From Octopus vulgaris (lineage: Eukaryota), in contig OX597820.1 of assembly GCA_951406725.2 (NCBI GenBank), forward strand, positions 114,576,001-114,640,000: a DNA stretch of 64,000 nucleotides. Reading direction: 5' to 3'. The stretch's first letter is position 1, and each line of letters begins with the position of its first letter. The position numbers and the translations under genes were made by a program. This document shows, piece after piece, positions 52,301 to 64,000 of the stretch. A model generated the notes under the pieces. That model searched no databases. It was not told the origin of the DNA and saw only the letters and a program-made list of their open reading frames with translations.

Positions 52301-53287
52301 CTTTAGACCATATAACAAAAGGAAAAAAGATCCTAGTTCAAATCCAGTCTGTACCTTTTACATATTCAGAAATAAGATATTTGATGATGACTGGAGATAG
52401 AATTGTAAGGCATGGTTATGTGGTTAAAAACTTTGCTTTAGAACCACATAGTTTCTGGTCCAGTACCTCTGCATGGTTCCTTGAGCAAGAACCTTCTCCT
52501 ATAGCCTCAAGCCAACCAAAGCCTTGTGAGTAGATTTAACTGACAGAAACAGAAAGAAGTCCATGTGTCTTCTTGTCTTAATTTCACACAATAGTTATAA
52601 ATGAGCATCACTGTCATTCATTTCCAATATTTTGCAAAAACATGTCTAGCCAGGGGGATAAAATTACTGTGTTTGGAAACACGTAAGAGTTGGTGACAGG
52701 AAGGGTATCTGGTAGTAGAAAATCTGCCTCAGTAAACTGTCCAACCCGTGCATGGAAAAAGTGGGTATTAACACAATTGTGCTTATAGAAATCTATATAT
52801 ATATAAAACTGGGAATGTGTGTCTGTCTGTCTGTCTGTGTGAATCCCTAAAACTTGAGAACTACACGACCAATTTCATTCAAATTTTACACATGCCTTAT
52901 TTAGGGTCCATGTAGTGTCATGGGCAAAAAATTTCTAACTTCTTGCCTAAGGCGAGCCCACAGCAATATCATATCTTCACTATTTCAGTATTACGTGTTA
53001 AAAGTGAAACAAAAACATCTCTCTCTTGTAATGTCAGATACTTTCACTTTAATACCGAAACTATTAAAGTCAAACTATTATATAAGAGGGTTGAACCATT
53101 AACAGTGGACATCCATTTTGCTAGAAGAAGATCCGCTATGGTCTTATATGCTACACCACTGGTTTTCAATTCATATTAATCATATTAATATTCAATTTCT
53201 CACCCTTATTATTTTAAATTTAAATTTAAACCCAGGACCATGTGTTTTGGAATGAAGTTTGTTACCACACAGCCACACCTACACCTA

Positions 53288-53327
<40 letters not shown>

Positions 53328-53462
53328 GCTGTATATGTATACATTTATTTCTATACATACAGATGTATATGTATACATGTATATGTATAGATGTATATAT
53401 ATATATAGATGTACACGCTGCAGCCATGTTTCGCATCTGAAAGTATTTCTCATCATCCAGTG

Positions 53463-53669
53463 ATGCCAGCTTCTAAATCGACAGACCCTTGTAAAAAACT
53501 AGCTTGCCAAATCCAGGCATGCCTACAGGAAAACTGATACCAAGAAGCAAAATGCCAAGAAGTTATTAATCTAATGCTTAAATGTTGTGAAAAATATGGT
53601 GCTAAGTCCAACTGCTGTGATGGATTCAAAGACACCCGGAAAGAATTTTCTAAAACTAACAGCCAATAA
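53463..53669 (+). pseudogene. CMC4: CMC4 / p8-MTCP1 (twin Cx9C mitochondrial protein) processed copy with an internal TGA
   Basis: Manual translation: MPASKSTDPCKKLACQIQACLQEN*YQEAKCQEVINLMLKCCEKYGAKSNCCDGFKDTRKEFSKTNSQ*. Cys spacing matches CMC4 (DPC..AC.IQ.CL..N.Y.E.KC..VI....CC). TGA at 53535-53537, AATAAA at 53672, A-rich tail at about 53689-53712. Confidence 0.88.
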
Positions 53670-54324
53670 CCAATAAACATTGTTCTGCAAAAATATAAAA
53701 ATTAAAAAAAAACAGGCTATACACACATAAATCAAAAGCTAACTCATCATTTAGGCTCCGACTGAGCTGACACATGATCAAAACCATTCCAGATATGACC
53801 ATTTCATCTTTATTCAAGCATGACTACCAAAGATTTCATTATGTTCCCTCTGCTGTTTCGTTTTTTAAGACACTAAACTGTGACATGGCTGCCTTTTCTA
53901 GCAGGTCAAGCAGACACCTAGAGATTTCCACAATGATTTTCCAATAACCATGTGTATTCTTGTTAGCTGATATTTCTACAAAGTTGCATTGTACGTTTTT
54001 TTCTTTTTTTTTTTTTACTTCATCCACCAATCCGATCGTGGCCGTTGCACGTAAAGAGCACCGGTGGCACGTAAAGAGCACCCACTACACCCACGGAGTG
54101 GTTAGCGTTAGGAAGGGCATCCAGATGTAGAAACACTGCCAGATCAGACTGGAGCCTGGTGCAGCCTTTCTGGCTTACCAGATCCCCGGTCGAACCATCC
54201 AACCCATGCTAGCATGGAGAACGGACGTTAAACGATGATGATGATGATGATGATGTACATGTAATATGCACACATATATATTCACATATATACATGCATA
54301 CATATATACACCCATACACACATA

Positions 54325-54360
<36 letters not shown>

Positions 54361-54748
54361 TAGGTGCAGGTGTGACTTTGTGGTAACAAACTTCGTTCCA
54401 AAACACATGCTCCTGGGTTCAGTCCCACTGTGTGGTGACTTGGCATGTGTCTTCTGCTATAGCCTCAGACCAACCAAAGCCTTGTCAGTTGATTTTGTAG
54501 ACAGAAACTGAAAGAAATCAATCGTATATATATATGTATGTATATATGTAAGTCTGTGTGTGTGTCTTTGTGTTTCTCCCTCATTACTGCCTCACAACTG
54601 GTGTTCGTTTATTTACATCCTCATAACTTACTGGTGTCACAAGAAGAAACTGATAGAATAAGTACCAGGCTTATCAAAATTTAAAAAAAGCACTAGGCAG
54701 TATCTCATATTTTTGTTTGCCCACACAATTTATCTTGGTGTGTGTGTG

Positions 54749-54841
<93 letters not shown>

Positions 54842-55103
54842 ATTTCGTAGACAGAAACTTAAAGAAATCAATCGTATATATATGTATGTATGTATTTAAG
54901 TGTATGTGTGTGACTTTGTTTCTGTGTTTCACCCTCACCACTGCTTCACAACTGCTGTTCGTTTATTTACATCCCCATAACTTACTGGTTTCACAAGAAG
55001 AAACTAATAGAATAAGTACCCGGCTTATCAACATAAAAAATGCACTACGCTGTGTCTCATATTTTTGTTTGCCCACTCAGTTGTATCTATCAGTTTATCT
55101 TTG

Positions 55104-55162
<59 letters not shown>

Positions 55163-55172
55163 ATATGTGTAC

Positions 55173-56845
55173 ATCCATATTTATTATATCAAAGTCAATG
55201 TCTTTATGTGTGTTTGTGTGATACTTATACATTTGAAAACTGCTGAACTGATCATAATGAAATTTGGAACACAAAATCCAAGCCTAGGGAGAAGGGTAAT
55301 GCTGTATGTTTCATACAATTTAATGGACCTAAATTACTGAATGGAACCTTATGATATTTGAAACTTAGATTCAATGCATAAGGGCGGGTATAATGCAATA
55401 TGTTTGGTTTGAATTTCAGATGGCTTAAAGGGGCAGAACCTCCCATGAAAATTCATAAATTTTTGATGTTGATGAAATTTCAACCATGGATAATCGACAC
55501 ACATCAAGAAGTATTCTCAAAGTTTCCACTTCACATGAGGATTCTAAGACACCCTAATTCTAAGACTCCCAAATTTTAGTAATTTCTTTTATGATCCAAA
55601 ACTAAATAAAAGTACTGAATGGATCTTTATGAAATTTGGAAATTATATTCTATGCATAAGGGCCACAACCCCCATGACAATTCATATATTTTTGATGTTG
55701 ATGAAATTTTAACCATAGATATTAGATACAAATGAAGTAATATTTATAAAATTTCATCTTCTTACAAGTTAGAAAGACCCCTCCATGGGGACTTAACACC
55801 CGCAATTTTGTCATTTTATCTAAACAAAGTCTAATAGTTGTACTCTTGGAAGCTGTGAGGTCATCCAAGCATAGAAGATGGGCATTATTTGTAATTCAAT
55901 GGTACAACAGTGTAAGAGTTGGCTTTGATATACATTTACATTGTGATTTCTGCAATGTGGTGCATAAATTGTCAAGTAAATGTGGGGCATCTTTGCCTCC
56001 ACTGATTCAGTTGCAAAGTGTTGAGTAAAGTTATTTGATTGCAGACCTCCTTTCAGTCTTTTTATTATCACTGGGTTACACATAGTCCCCAGATGGTAAC
56101 ATTAATTTCAAGGCCTTCCCAGATCAGTGACTGGTTATTCAAAGACATTTATAGATTGTATATTTATTCTGTCCAGTTACGTATTAGTATAGTGGTCATT
56201 TGCAAACTCCAGAGGTGACACTTTAATTTCTCCTTAGCCCTCACGTCACACAGTTGTTAATGTTTATTTCAGTTGGGTCATGCCCTTCCAATCGCTATAG
56301 ATTTGTAATGCATCTTACGGCTGTGCCTGTCATCTGTATGATGAGGAATCCTACATTAGGAGTGGTAAAGACTAGGGTACTGTAGCTGACTGCTTATTGT
56401 GATCATTCTTCTTTTGGTTTCCTGTAGCTTTGCTCTCTTTTACAAACCCAGTGAACATATATTTCCTATTTCAAAGAAATTCGAACAATAGATATAAGAC
56501 CCAAGTAAAAAAGATTCTCAACAATTCAACTTCTCTGGTTGACATTAAGACATCCACCCCCAACAGGGGCCTTAACTCTCACATTTTAGAGCTCCATGAC
56601 CTCTATTTTTCAGAGCAAAATCCTTTTAACAGGTTCTATAAGACTGGAATTTTGGAATATGCGCATAAAAATCAGTAGTATGGGATACACGTGGCACGAT
56701 TACAATTTTGTTTGGGTGTGTAAAGAGGAAAATAACCTTCATCTGCAATTTTGATGAAATTTGAAACAGGTATTCCAGTTCATTACAGAAGATATCACAG
56801 AAAAGGCTAATTCTTCAATTGCATGTACCTCAGGCAACTCTGCTA

Positions 56846-56846
<1 letters not shown>
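55173..56846 (+). mobile_element. Possible long Helitron-like element
   Basis: TC...ATATCAAAG start resembling the other copies, internal direct repeats, and a GCAACTCTGCTAG|T end. Confidence 0.4.
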
Positions 56847-56900
<54 letters not shown>

Positions 56901-57348
56901 GACATATCTACTAAATATGTGGAAAATCGGTGTGTGTTTGTTTGTAGCGTTGTTAGCTAACTTATATAACTAATTTTTATATAACTACCTCATATAACAA
57001 ATTTTTATTAAACACCCAAGGGAAACAACCCATAGCATCTGCACTTACAGCTGTTAGTTTTTAGCGAAGCAAAAAATAATTGATTCTCACGATCAGTGAC
57101 CTAATTCTGCATTTCAGTACTCACAGTTTTCAACTGCTAAACCTTATTATTACACTTTCTTGATGCATGTACACTTCCGATGTCCATAACTCTGATAATT
57201 CTGTACTTTTCCAGTGAAAATTTTTCTATGACACTACATAAATTTTTGATTACAGAATGTATTTAATAAGTATGTCCCAATATAATGAATGTATATTTGG
57301 AATGCTTAAAATTTTTAAAAAACGAAACCAAACTTCCACACTAGACAT

Positions 57349-57383
<35 letters not shown>

Positions 57384-57385
57384 CA

Positions 57386-57427
<42 letters not shown>

Positions 57428-57555
57428 AGAGAAGAACCTCTATTACACAATTCAATAAAGAAAGATGTTATTCACACCATATAGAAAACATATACTATAA
57501 AAAAAACTTATTTTAAAAATCAATAAAGTACAATATATAGTAAATAGTAGTGAAA

Positions 57556-57729
57556 AGACTACGCACGTTTCATGGCTATATTTTCAAATAGATAATAATA
57601 ATAAGAAGAAGAAGAAGAAGAACAACAACAACAACAACAACAATAATAATAATAATAAAATCAATTTGATTTAAAATTAAATTGAACTAAAATTATTTCA
57701 ATTTAAAAATATAGTCACTCATCAGGTCT
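57556..57729 (-). ncRNA. Type-I hammerhead ribozyme with a long stem II insert
   Basis: AGAC-CTGATGA-GTGACTATATTTT...AAAATATAGCCAT-GAAA-CGTGCG-TA-GTCT: stem I AGAC/GTCT, 13-bp stem II (one mismatch), short stem III, GUA cleavage triplet. Confidence 0.8.
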
Positions 57730-57829
57730 AAGATAATAAATAATAAAAAATAATAATAGAATAAATGTACTTAACTTATACTAATTATCAAATAAATATA
57801 TATATTTATTGTGTTGGAAGGAAGAAGAG

Positions 57830-58025
57830 GACCTATGAATGATGCCCAGTAGGTCTGCCTCGAACAGTTGATTTTGGGTTGTTGCTCTCCAGGGATGCTG
57901 CAGTTAGGTCGTGGTAGAATGTTTTCCACCTCATACTCCTAATCAGGTCCATTATCTTTTCCAGCAACATACGAGTGTACAGCTTGTATAGCGTGGGTAT
58001 AGTTTTAGTGGAGAAGCCGACGTAT
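57830..58025 (-). mobile_element. Penelope-like element N-terminal ORF remnant
   Basis: Minus strand reads approximately GFSTKTIPTLYKLYTRMLL...IMDLIRSMRWKTFYH (with a frameshift); resembles the N-terminus of the PLE at 18200-18390. Confidence 0.7.
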
Positions 58026-58719
58026 TTTATATATATATGTACACACGTATTTTATTGTAAGATTAAAATTGGCTACGCAATATTCAACCACCTTTATCAT
58101 AAGAGCTGGCCGTCAGCCTTGCTAACGGAGGATTTCTCGATAGAAAAACACCCATTTTTCAATTCTAACCACTTTATTGGTGAGGGGAAGCAACTCTGCA
58201 CAGCGACTGTCAATAATAATAATACAAGGGAAAGAACTCTTAAATAAGCATCTGGCGAAAATAATCGTTTTAAAAAGGTATTTTGTGGTCATTAATGATG
58301 TATCCACCCTAATCTTACAGGTTTGCAATAACATTACATTGGAATTTGATGAGAAAAGAAAAATTTGGTATGCACAGTATATACAATTTTTTTTTTCATT
58401 TTTGAAATTTCAAGTTTCATTTTGTAGATATAAGTAAATGTGTGTGAATATATATAGGTAGTCGTAATCTATACACTCTGAAAGGTATTTGTAGGAATTT
58501 TATTTAAAAATAAACATTTTTAAAAAGGCATGAGGAAACAAAGTTGACGTGGGTAAATTTTCCGAAAGGCCTTTCACTACACTCATTAAAAAATGTCACC
58601 CCACATTCCGATATAATCAGAATGTGCACTATCTCACACACGTTTATAGAAAATTTCATTAAAAAATATCCATTTTTCCAGGAGTCAGAGAGGCACAACT
58701 GTCTCGGTAAGCGAAGTCT

Positions 58720-58885
58720 TCTCCTTAACGTCACAAATAGACCAATAGCATTGGGAGGAGGCTTTGATTGACGGAGACTGTGTAGAAAGCTATTAAACAC
58801 ATGTCTAATACAGTCCAGGACCAAGTATCCAACAAGCTTGAAACCGGAAGAGTCCCAGTTTCATGGAGATTGTCCTAGGTATGTA
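58720..58885 (+). promoter_or_regulatory. Candidate promoter / first exon of a downstream gene
   Basis: CCAAT (58742), ATTGG (58750), ETS-like CCGGAAG (58845), ATGG start (58863, MEIVL) then an AG|GTATGT donor; locally CpG-retaining. No second exon identified. Confidence 0.3.
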
Positions 58886-59323
58886 CTTAATTATGAAATA
58901 AACTTTGAATAGTAAAGAACTAAATTGTATTTAACAAATTCAGAGAAAGACACTTCTAAAGCAGTACCTGTTTGGCATTAATTCCATTTAATATATGACA
59001 TATTGTACTATTTATACGAAATAATGTTAATTGGATGAAAATTAAAGAACATGATTTTATTTAACGGATACAGATACAAATTAATACTTTTCTGAAGCAG
59101 AATATGTTTAATCTGTATTAATTCAGTTGATATTCTTAAAATACGTGAATATCGTACCTGATCGTTTATACAGTATAGTGTTTATAAGATGAAAAATAAA
59201 TGAAGAAAAGTACAGAAAAACAGATTGTGTTTATTTCAATATTTTGCTATAAAGAGAGGGACACTACAACACATGTGGGGACATATAACAATTAAAAATG
59301 TAAAAAAAAATATGATATAATGA

Positions 59324-60394
59324 TAGGCGCAGGAGTGGCTGTGTGGTAAGTAGCTTGCGAACCAACCACATGGTTCCGGGTTCAGTCCCACTGCGTGGCA
59401 TCTTGGGCAAGTGTCTTCTGCTATAGCTCCGGGCCGACCAATGCCTTGTGAGTGGATTTGGTAGACGGAAACTGAAAGAAGCCTGTCGTATATATGTATA
59501 TATATATAAGTGTGTGTGTATATGTTTGTGTGTCTGTGTTTGTCCCCCTAGCATTGCTTGACAACCGATGCTGGTGTGTTTACGTCCCCGTCACTTAGCG
59601 GTTCGGCAAAAGAGACCGATAGAATAAGTACTGGGCTTACAAAGAATAAGTCCCGAGGTCGATTTGCTCGACTAAAGGCGGTGCTCCAGCATGGCTGCAG
59701 TCAAATGACTGAAACAAGTAAAAGAGTAAAAGAGAGTAATGAACATGAAGAACAAATTAAAATATGATAATATGAATGATATCTGAAAATGATATTATGA
59801 AGAGTGTGCTACTCACCCCACACTGAGTAACACCACTCGCTGCCTCTGGGTCCTAAGTCCTTTTCCCCCACTTCTCCATCACTTAGTGACATCATCCTCT
59901 CCACCATGCATTTGTAACCTTTTTCACTAGGAGGGGTGGAGGGTCTTCTAAATTTTGTGGTGTCTATTCTTTCTTTTTCATTTTTTTTTCTTGTGGGGAA
60001 ATGGGGTGGGTGGGTTTAGTGTCTGTATGGGGAGGGTGGGTCTGAGTAGTCTTGAGTGGGATGGAGTACCACATCATACTCAGTGTCTTTTCTTTTTTTT
60101 CCTCTTTCTCCTTCTGCTCTCTGTAACTTTCCATTCTTCCTCCTTTTTCTCATTTCAAGCAGAGTGTGTTTAATCTTTTTCTGTCCATTTAAGAAAGTCA
60201 AAAACAAAAACAATTTTTAACACACTAGGCGCAGGAGTGGCTGTGTGGTAAGTAGCTTGCTAACCAACCACATGGTTCTGGGTTCAGTCCCACTGCGCGG
60301 CATCTTGGGCAAGTGTCTTCTGCTATAGCCCCAGGCCAACCAATGCCTTGTGAGTGGATTTGGTAGACGGAAACTCAAAGAAGCCTGTCATATG

Positions 60395-60431
<37 letters not shown>

Positions 60432-61115
60432 TTGTCCCCCTAGCATTGCTTGACAACCGATGCTAGTGTGTTTACGTCCCCGTCACTTAGCGGTTCGGCA
60501 AAAGAGACCGATAGAATAAGTACTGGGCTTACAAAGAATAAGTCCTGGGGTCGATTTGCTCGACTAAAGGCGGTGCTCCAGCATGACCGCAGTCAAATGA
60601 CTGAAACAAGTAAAAGAGTAAAAGAGAGTAATGAACATGAAGAACAAATTAAAATATGATAATATGAATGATATCTGAAAATGATATTATGAAGAGTGTG
60701 CAACTCACCCCACACTGAGTAACACCACTCGCTGCCTCTGGGTCCTAAGTCCTTTTCCCCCACTTCTCCATCACTTAGTGACATCATCCTCTCCATCATG
60801 CATTTGTAACCTTTTTCACTGGGAGGGGTGGAGGGTCTTCTAAATTTTGTGGTGTCTATTCTTTCTTTTTCATTTTTTTTCTTGTGGGGAAATGGGGTGG
60901 GTGGGTTTAGTGTCTGTATGGGGAGGGTGGGTCTGAGTAGTCTTGAGTGGGATGGAGTACCACATCATACTCAGTGTCTTTTCTTTTTTTCCTCTTTCTC
61001 CTTCTGCTCTCTGTAACTTTCCATTCTTCCTCCTTTTTCTCATTTCAAGCAGAGTGTGTTTAATCTTTTTGTGTCCATTTAAGAAAGCCAAAAACAAAAA
61101 CAATTTTTAACACAC
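59324..61115 (+). repeat. Tandem duplication of a ~0.9 kb unit (SINE + unique flank)
   Basis: 59324-60225 and 60226-61115 are nearly identical, with scattered substitutions. Confidence 0.95.
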
Positions 61116-61570
61116 TATATGCAAATTCACCAACTTATATATGTATAGTGATCTTACACATATTTTACACACACACTTTATATATGCAAAGACATTTTAC
61201 ACACACTTATACACACTATATACACTGTACATGCTATATTATAAACATTTTATACACACACATCTTTTACATACATATATACAGATATTTTACATTGACT
61301 ATATATGTACACATATTATATACACATGGATATTTTACATACACGCACACATTATATATACACAGATATTTCACACACACACTTCCTATACACATGCAGA
61401 TATTATACACAGACAGAAAACATCTCCTGCAACACAGTAAGTATTGTTTGCATCATTCTATCACAGTCATAATCTCTCTTTTTTAAACAAACATCACAGT
61501 AGTCCAACAACAGAGGGAGAAGCGATTTGTCAAGTTTTACCTTCCCCTCAAAGCTTCTGTAAGCTTTGCA

Positions 61571-61624
<54 letters not shown>

Positions 61625-62219
61625 AGAGAGAACAATGCAAATAATGAATGAAATAAACATGAAATGAAAACATCATATAAATATAAGGGCATTACTACAG
61701 CTGTATACACCCCTGACTTTGTTGCCTCATGACATCCAGAAAAATGGATACTTCTTAACAAAATTTTCTACAAATGCTGCTTAAATGCTGTGGCTTCAGA
61801 GTATATGGGAATTTATGAGAAAGAATTTTTCCGAGGGGATGGCGAGAAGAGTTTTGGAAAATTCACATAATCTGACATTTTTTCCCTCATAACTTTCAGG
61901 AAGATGGGTATCATTTTATGAAAATTTATACAAATTCCTTTCAAACGGCATAGATTATGACTATAAAGAAATTTGTGGGGGAAAATTTTTTCAGGGATTT
62001 TCCTTGTTTTTTTTAAACTACAGCCTTCAAAATGATGGGGGGGGGATATCTTGGTGTGAAAGTGTTTTGTAAACTCTTTTTTTTTACAACCCCTCCCTCA
62101 TCATCCCACTCCAGACCTATTTTGGCCAATTTTTTTTTTTTGCACCTCAAAACCATGGGAAGAGCATTTTCAGTAAAAAAATTTTCAAAACCTGTTAATA
62201 TTTTCAGAGGGAAAAGTGA

Positions 62220-63671
62220 GCCTGGTTGCAGGTGCCAGAGGATGCGGAGCAGGCTGTGGCTGTAGTATGCCATCTGAGTGACTCAGAGTTGAGGAGATTG
62301 CATACCATGCATCACATGGGTGTGGACAGGACATTGTTCCTAGCCAGGAAAGTTGACTCTGATGTAACAAGACGGAGCATGTAGGGAGTGATTAGCAGCT
62401 GTGACAGGTGCCAGTCCATCGACCCTGCTCCAGGTGTACATGAGGCAGGAAATATTCCAGTGGACCATGACTGGAAATGACTGGCGGTGGACATAACACA
62501 TTACCGGCAGGGGACATACCTCTCAATGGTTGACTGCAGACCGGGGCGGTGGGCCATATGGAGGGAGATGAAGATGGGGACCGCAGAGGAAACTGTGAAA
62601 GTATTGAATGAGATATTCCTGGAACGAGGCCCCGTGGATGAACTGCTTATGGATAATGGCACTGCATTTCACTTGGAGGTGCTGAAAGAAATACTTGATG
62701 GGTGGAAGGTCAACCGCTTCTTCAGGGTGGCATACTGGCCAAGTGAAAATGGGATGGTAGAAAAACATCATCATACCATCATGACCATAGCAGAGAGGGG
62801 CCGCATTTCACCAATCGAGGCTGTATTTTGGTACAATATGTTGCCCAGATCAGGACAGGCTGAGGAGTCGGTGCCACACAGGGCAATATTCAGTTATGAG
62901 TGGAGGCATCCGTGTACTGCATCAATGCGACCCAGGGCAGAGGAAGAACACGCCTTTATGCAGATTGGGGAAGAAATTTGGGTAAGACCCCCAAATGCAC
63001 GGTGTACTTCGTGATGGGAAAAGGGAACAATAACCTCCATCAATTCGAAGAACAAGTCTCTGTCGATGGTATGCCACGCCACATTTTGGATATACGGAAG
63101 ATTGTCCATGCCTCAGAGGATGGAACCAGCAGCAGTGGACAAGAAAATAAAAACAACAACAGTAGGCAAGAAGATGAAGACAACATCAGTAGACAAGATG
63201 ATGAAGCCAGCAGCAACATGCCAGGAACCAGTCCTAGGGTCGCACTGCGACCACAGAGGGAACGGCACCCTTCTCCATGGTTGGCTGATTATGAAACCAG
63301 TTAAGGTGTGAGTTCGGGAGTGAGAAGTGAGTGGGAAAGCCGGTTCAGTGATCTGTAGATCAGGGGAGGGGACGTGTGGTGTTGGTGGTGTTATGGGCTG
63401 TGATGAGCTATGTGGTGTTGGTGGAGAGGATGACAGATGAGGTGGGCGGAAGTAAGGCTTGCAGGGGCCGGCGGAAGAGTGAAAGGCGCATGCGTGGGCA
63501 AAGCACGTGTGGTCAGCAAGGAAGTGTGGTCAGTTCCAGCACAGATGGCAGAGCGACAAGATGTGTTGAATTCATGACAGAGTGGCCGCTGATTTTGCCA
63601 AGGTAAGGCCTTTTGTATTTCTTTCTCCCGTTGCTTCTTTTTCTGTTGTCCTTTTCCTCCATCACACTACA
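62220..63671 (+). mobile_element. 5'-truncated Gypsy/Ty3 LTR retrotransposon: integrase, PPT, 3' LTR
   Basis: Zn-finger remnant CDRCQSIDP; DDE core (VDITHY, LMDNGTAF, ENGMVEK); PPT AGGGGAGGGGA at 63362-63372; LTR TGTGGTGT...ACACTACA at 63375-63671. Confidence 0.88.
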
Positions 63672-64000
63672 TATGATACATTAAAAAAATTTTTTTTAAG
63701 ATTTCGACAAGCAGTGATGAAAACCACAATGATCCACAATACTTTCAAAGTTGGGGGCAGAGGTAAAATGCATAAATTGAACTTATGATGGTGTGTACGA
63801 AATTGTAGATGATCCTGCAAAAGAAACATTTATGAAAATGTTCACATAAATATTGTATTAAAATAAGTTATCTTTACAGAACATACTTGCAATTAATTAA
63901 ATCAAGGATCAAACAAGTTAGTAAAAGTTCTAATATTTTTGTAACAAGTGTCTCCATACATTCTAACGAAAAATTGAAAGAAAGAGATAATGTTAATTTC

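Noticed and set aside
53535-53537. Selenocysteine reading of the CMC4 TGA
   Set aside because: The position is not a conserved Cys, and no SECIS-sized hairpin fits before the poly(A) tail
58682-58706. 25-nt micro-exon-like AG...GTAAGC
   Set aside because: Lies in a repeat also present inverted at about 61720-61775
63701-63762. Possible exon 2 for the MEIVL start
   Set aside because: The joined frame stops after four codons; the other frames give no recognisable protein

Overview
AT-rich, repeat-dense eukaryotic DNA; the SINE families and (TA)n/(CA)n load suggest an octopus/cephalopod genome (inference). One intact gene is supported: the last seven coding exons of a DHRS12-type short-chain dehydrogenase/reductase (+ strand, 2343-28757). 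Its splice phases are fully consistent, and the N-terminal exons lie upstream of the window. An intronless CMC4 (p8-MTCP1, twin Cx9C) retrocopy with one in-frame TGA lies at 53463-53669 and is missed by the ORF track. The rest is mostly transposon-derived: a near-complete decayed Penelope-like element (PLE), a Tx1/L1-like LINE with a mariner nested in its 3' end, R4/Dong-like remnants, a Tigger/pogo nested in a SINE nested in a hAT MITE, a Gypsy integrase with PPT and LTR, Helitron-like/hAT/piggyBac/Tc1 MITEs and several SINE families. The most interesting signal is a set of short, mostly (TA)n-embedded elements carrying type-I hammerhead ribozyme cores, some with very long stem II inserts, and/or long fold-back palindromes. 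One of them is physically linked to a PLE ORF start, which points to a microsatellite-associated, hammerhead-bearing non-autonomous PLE system. All alignments were done by eye and repeat boundaries are approximate.
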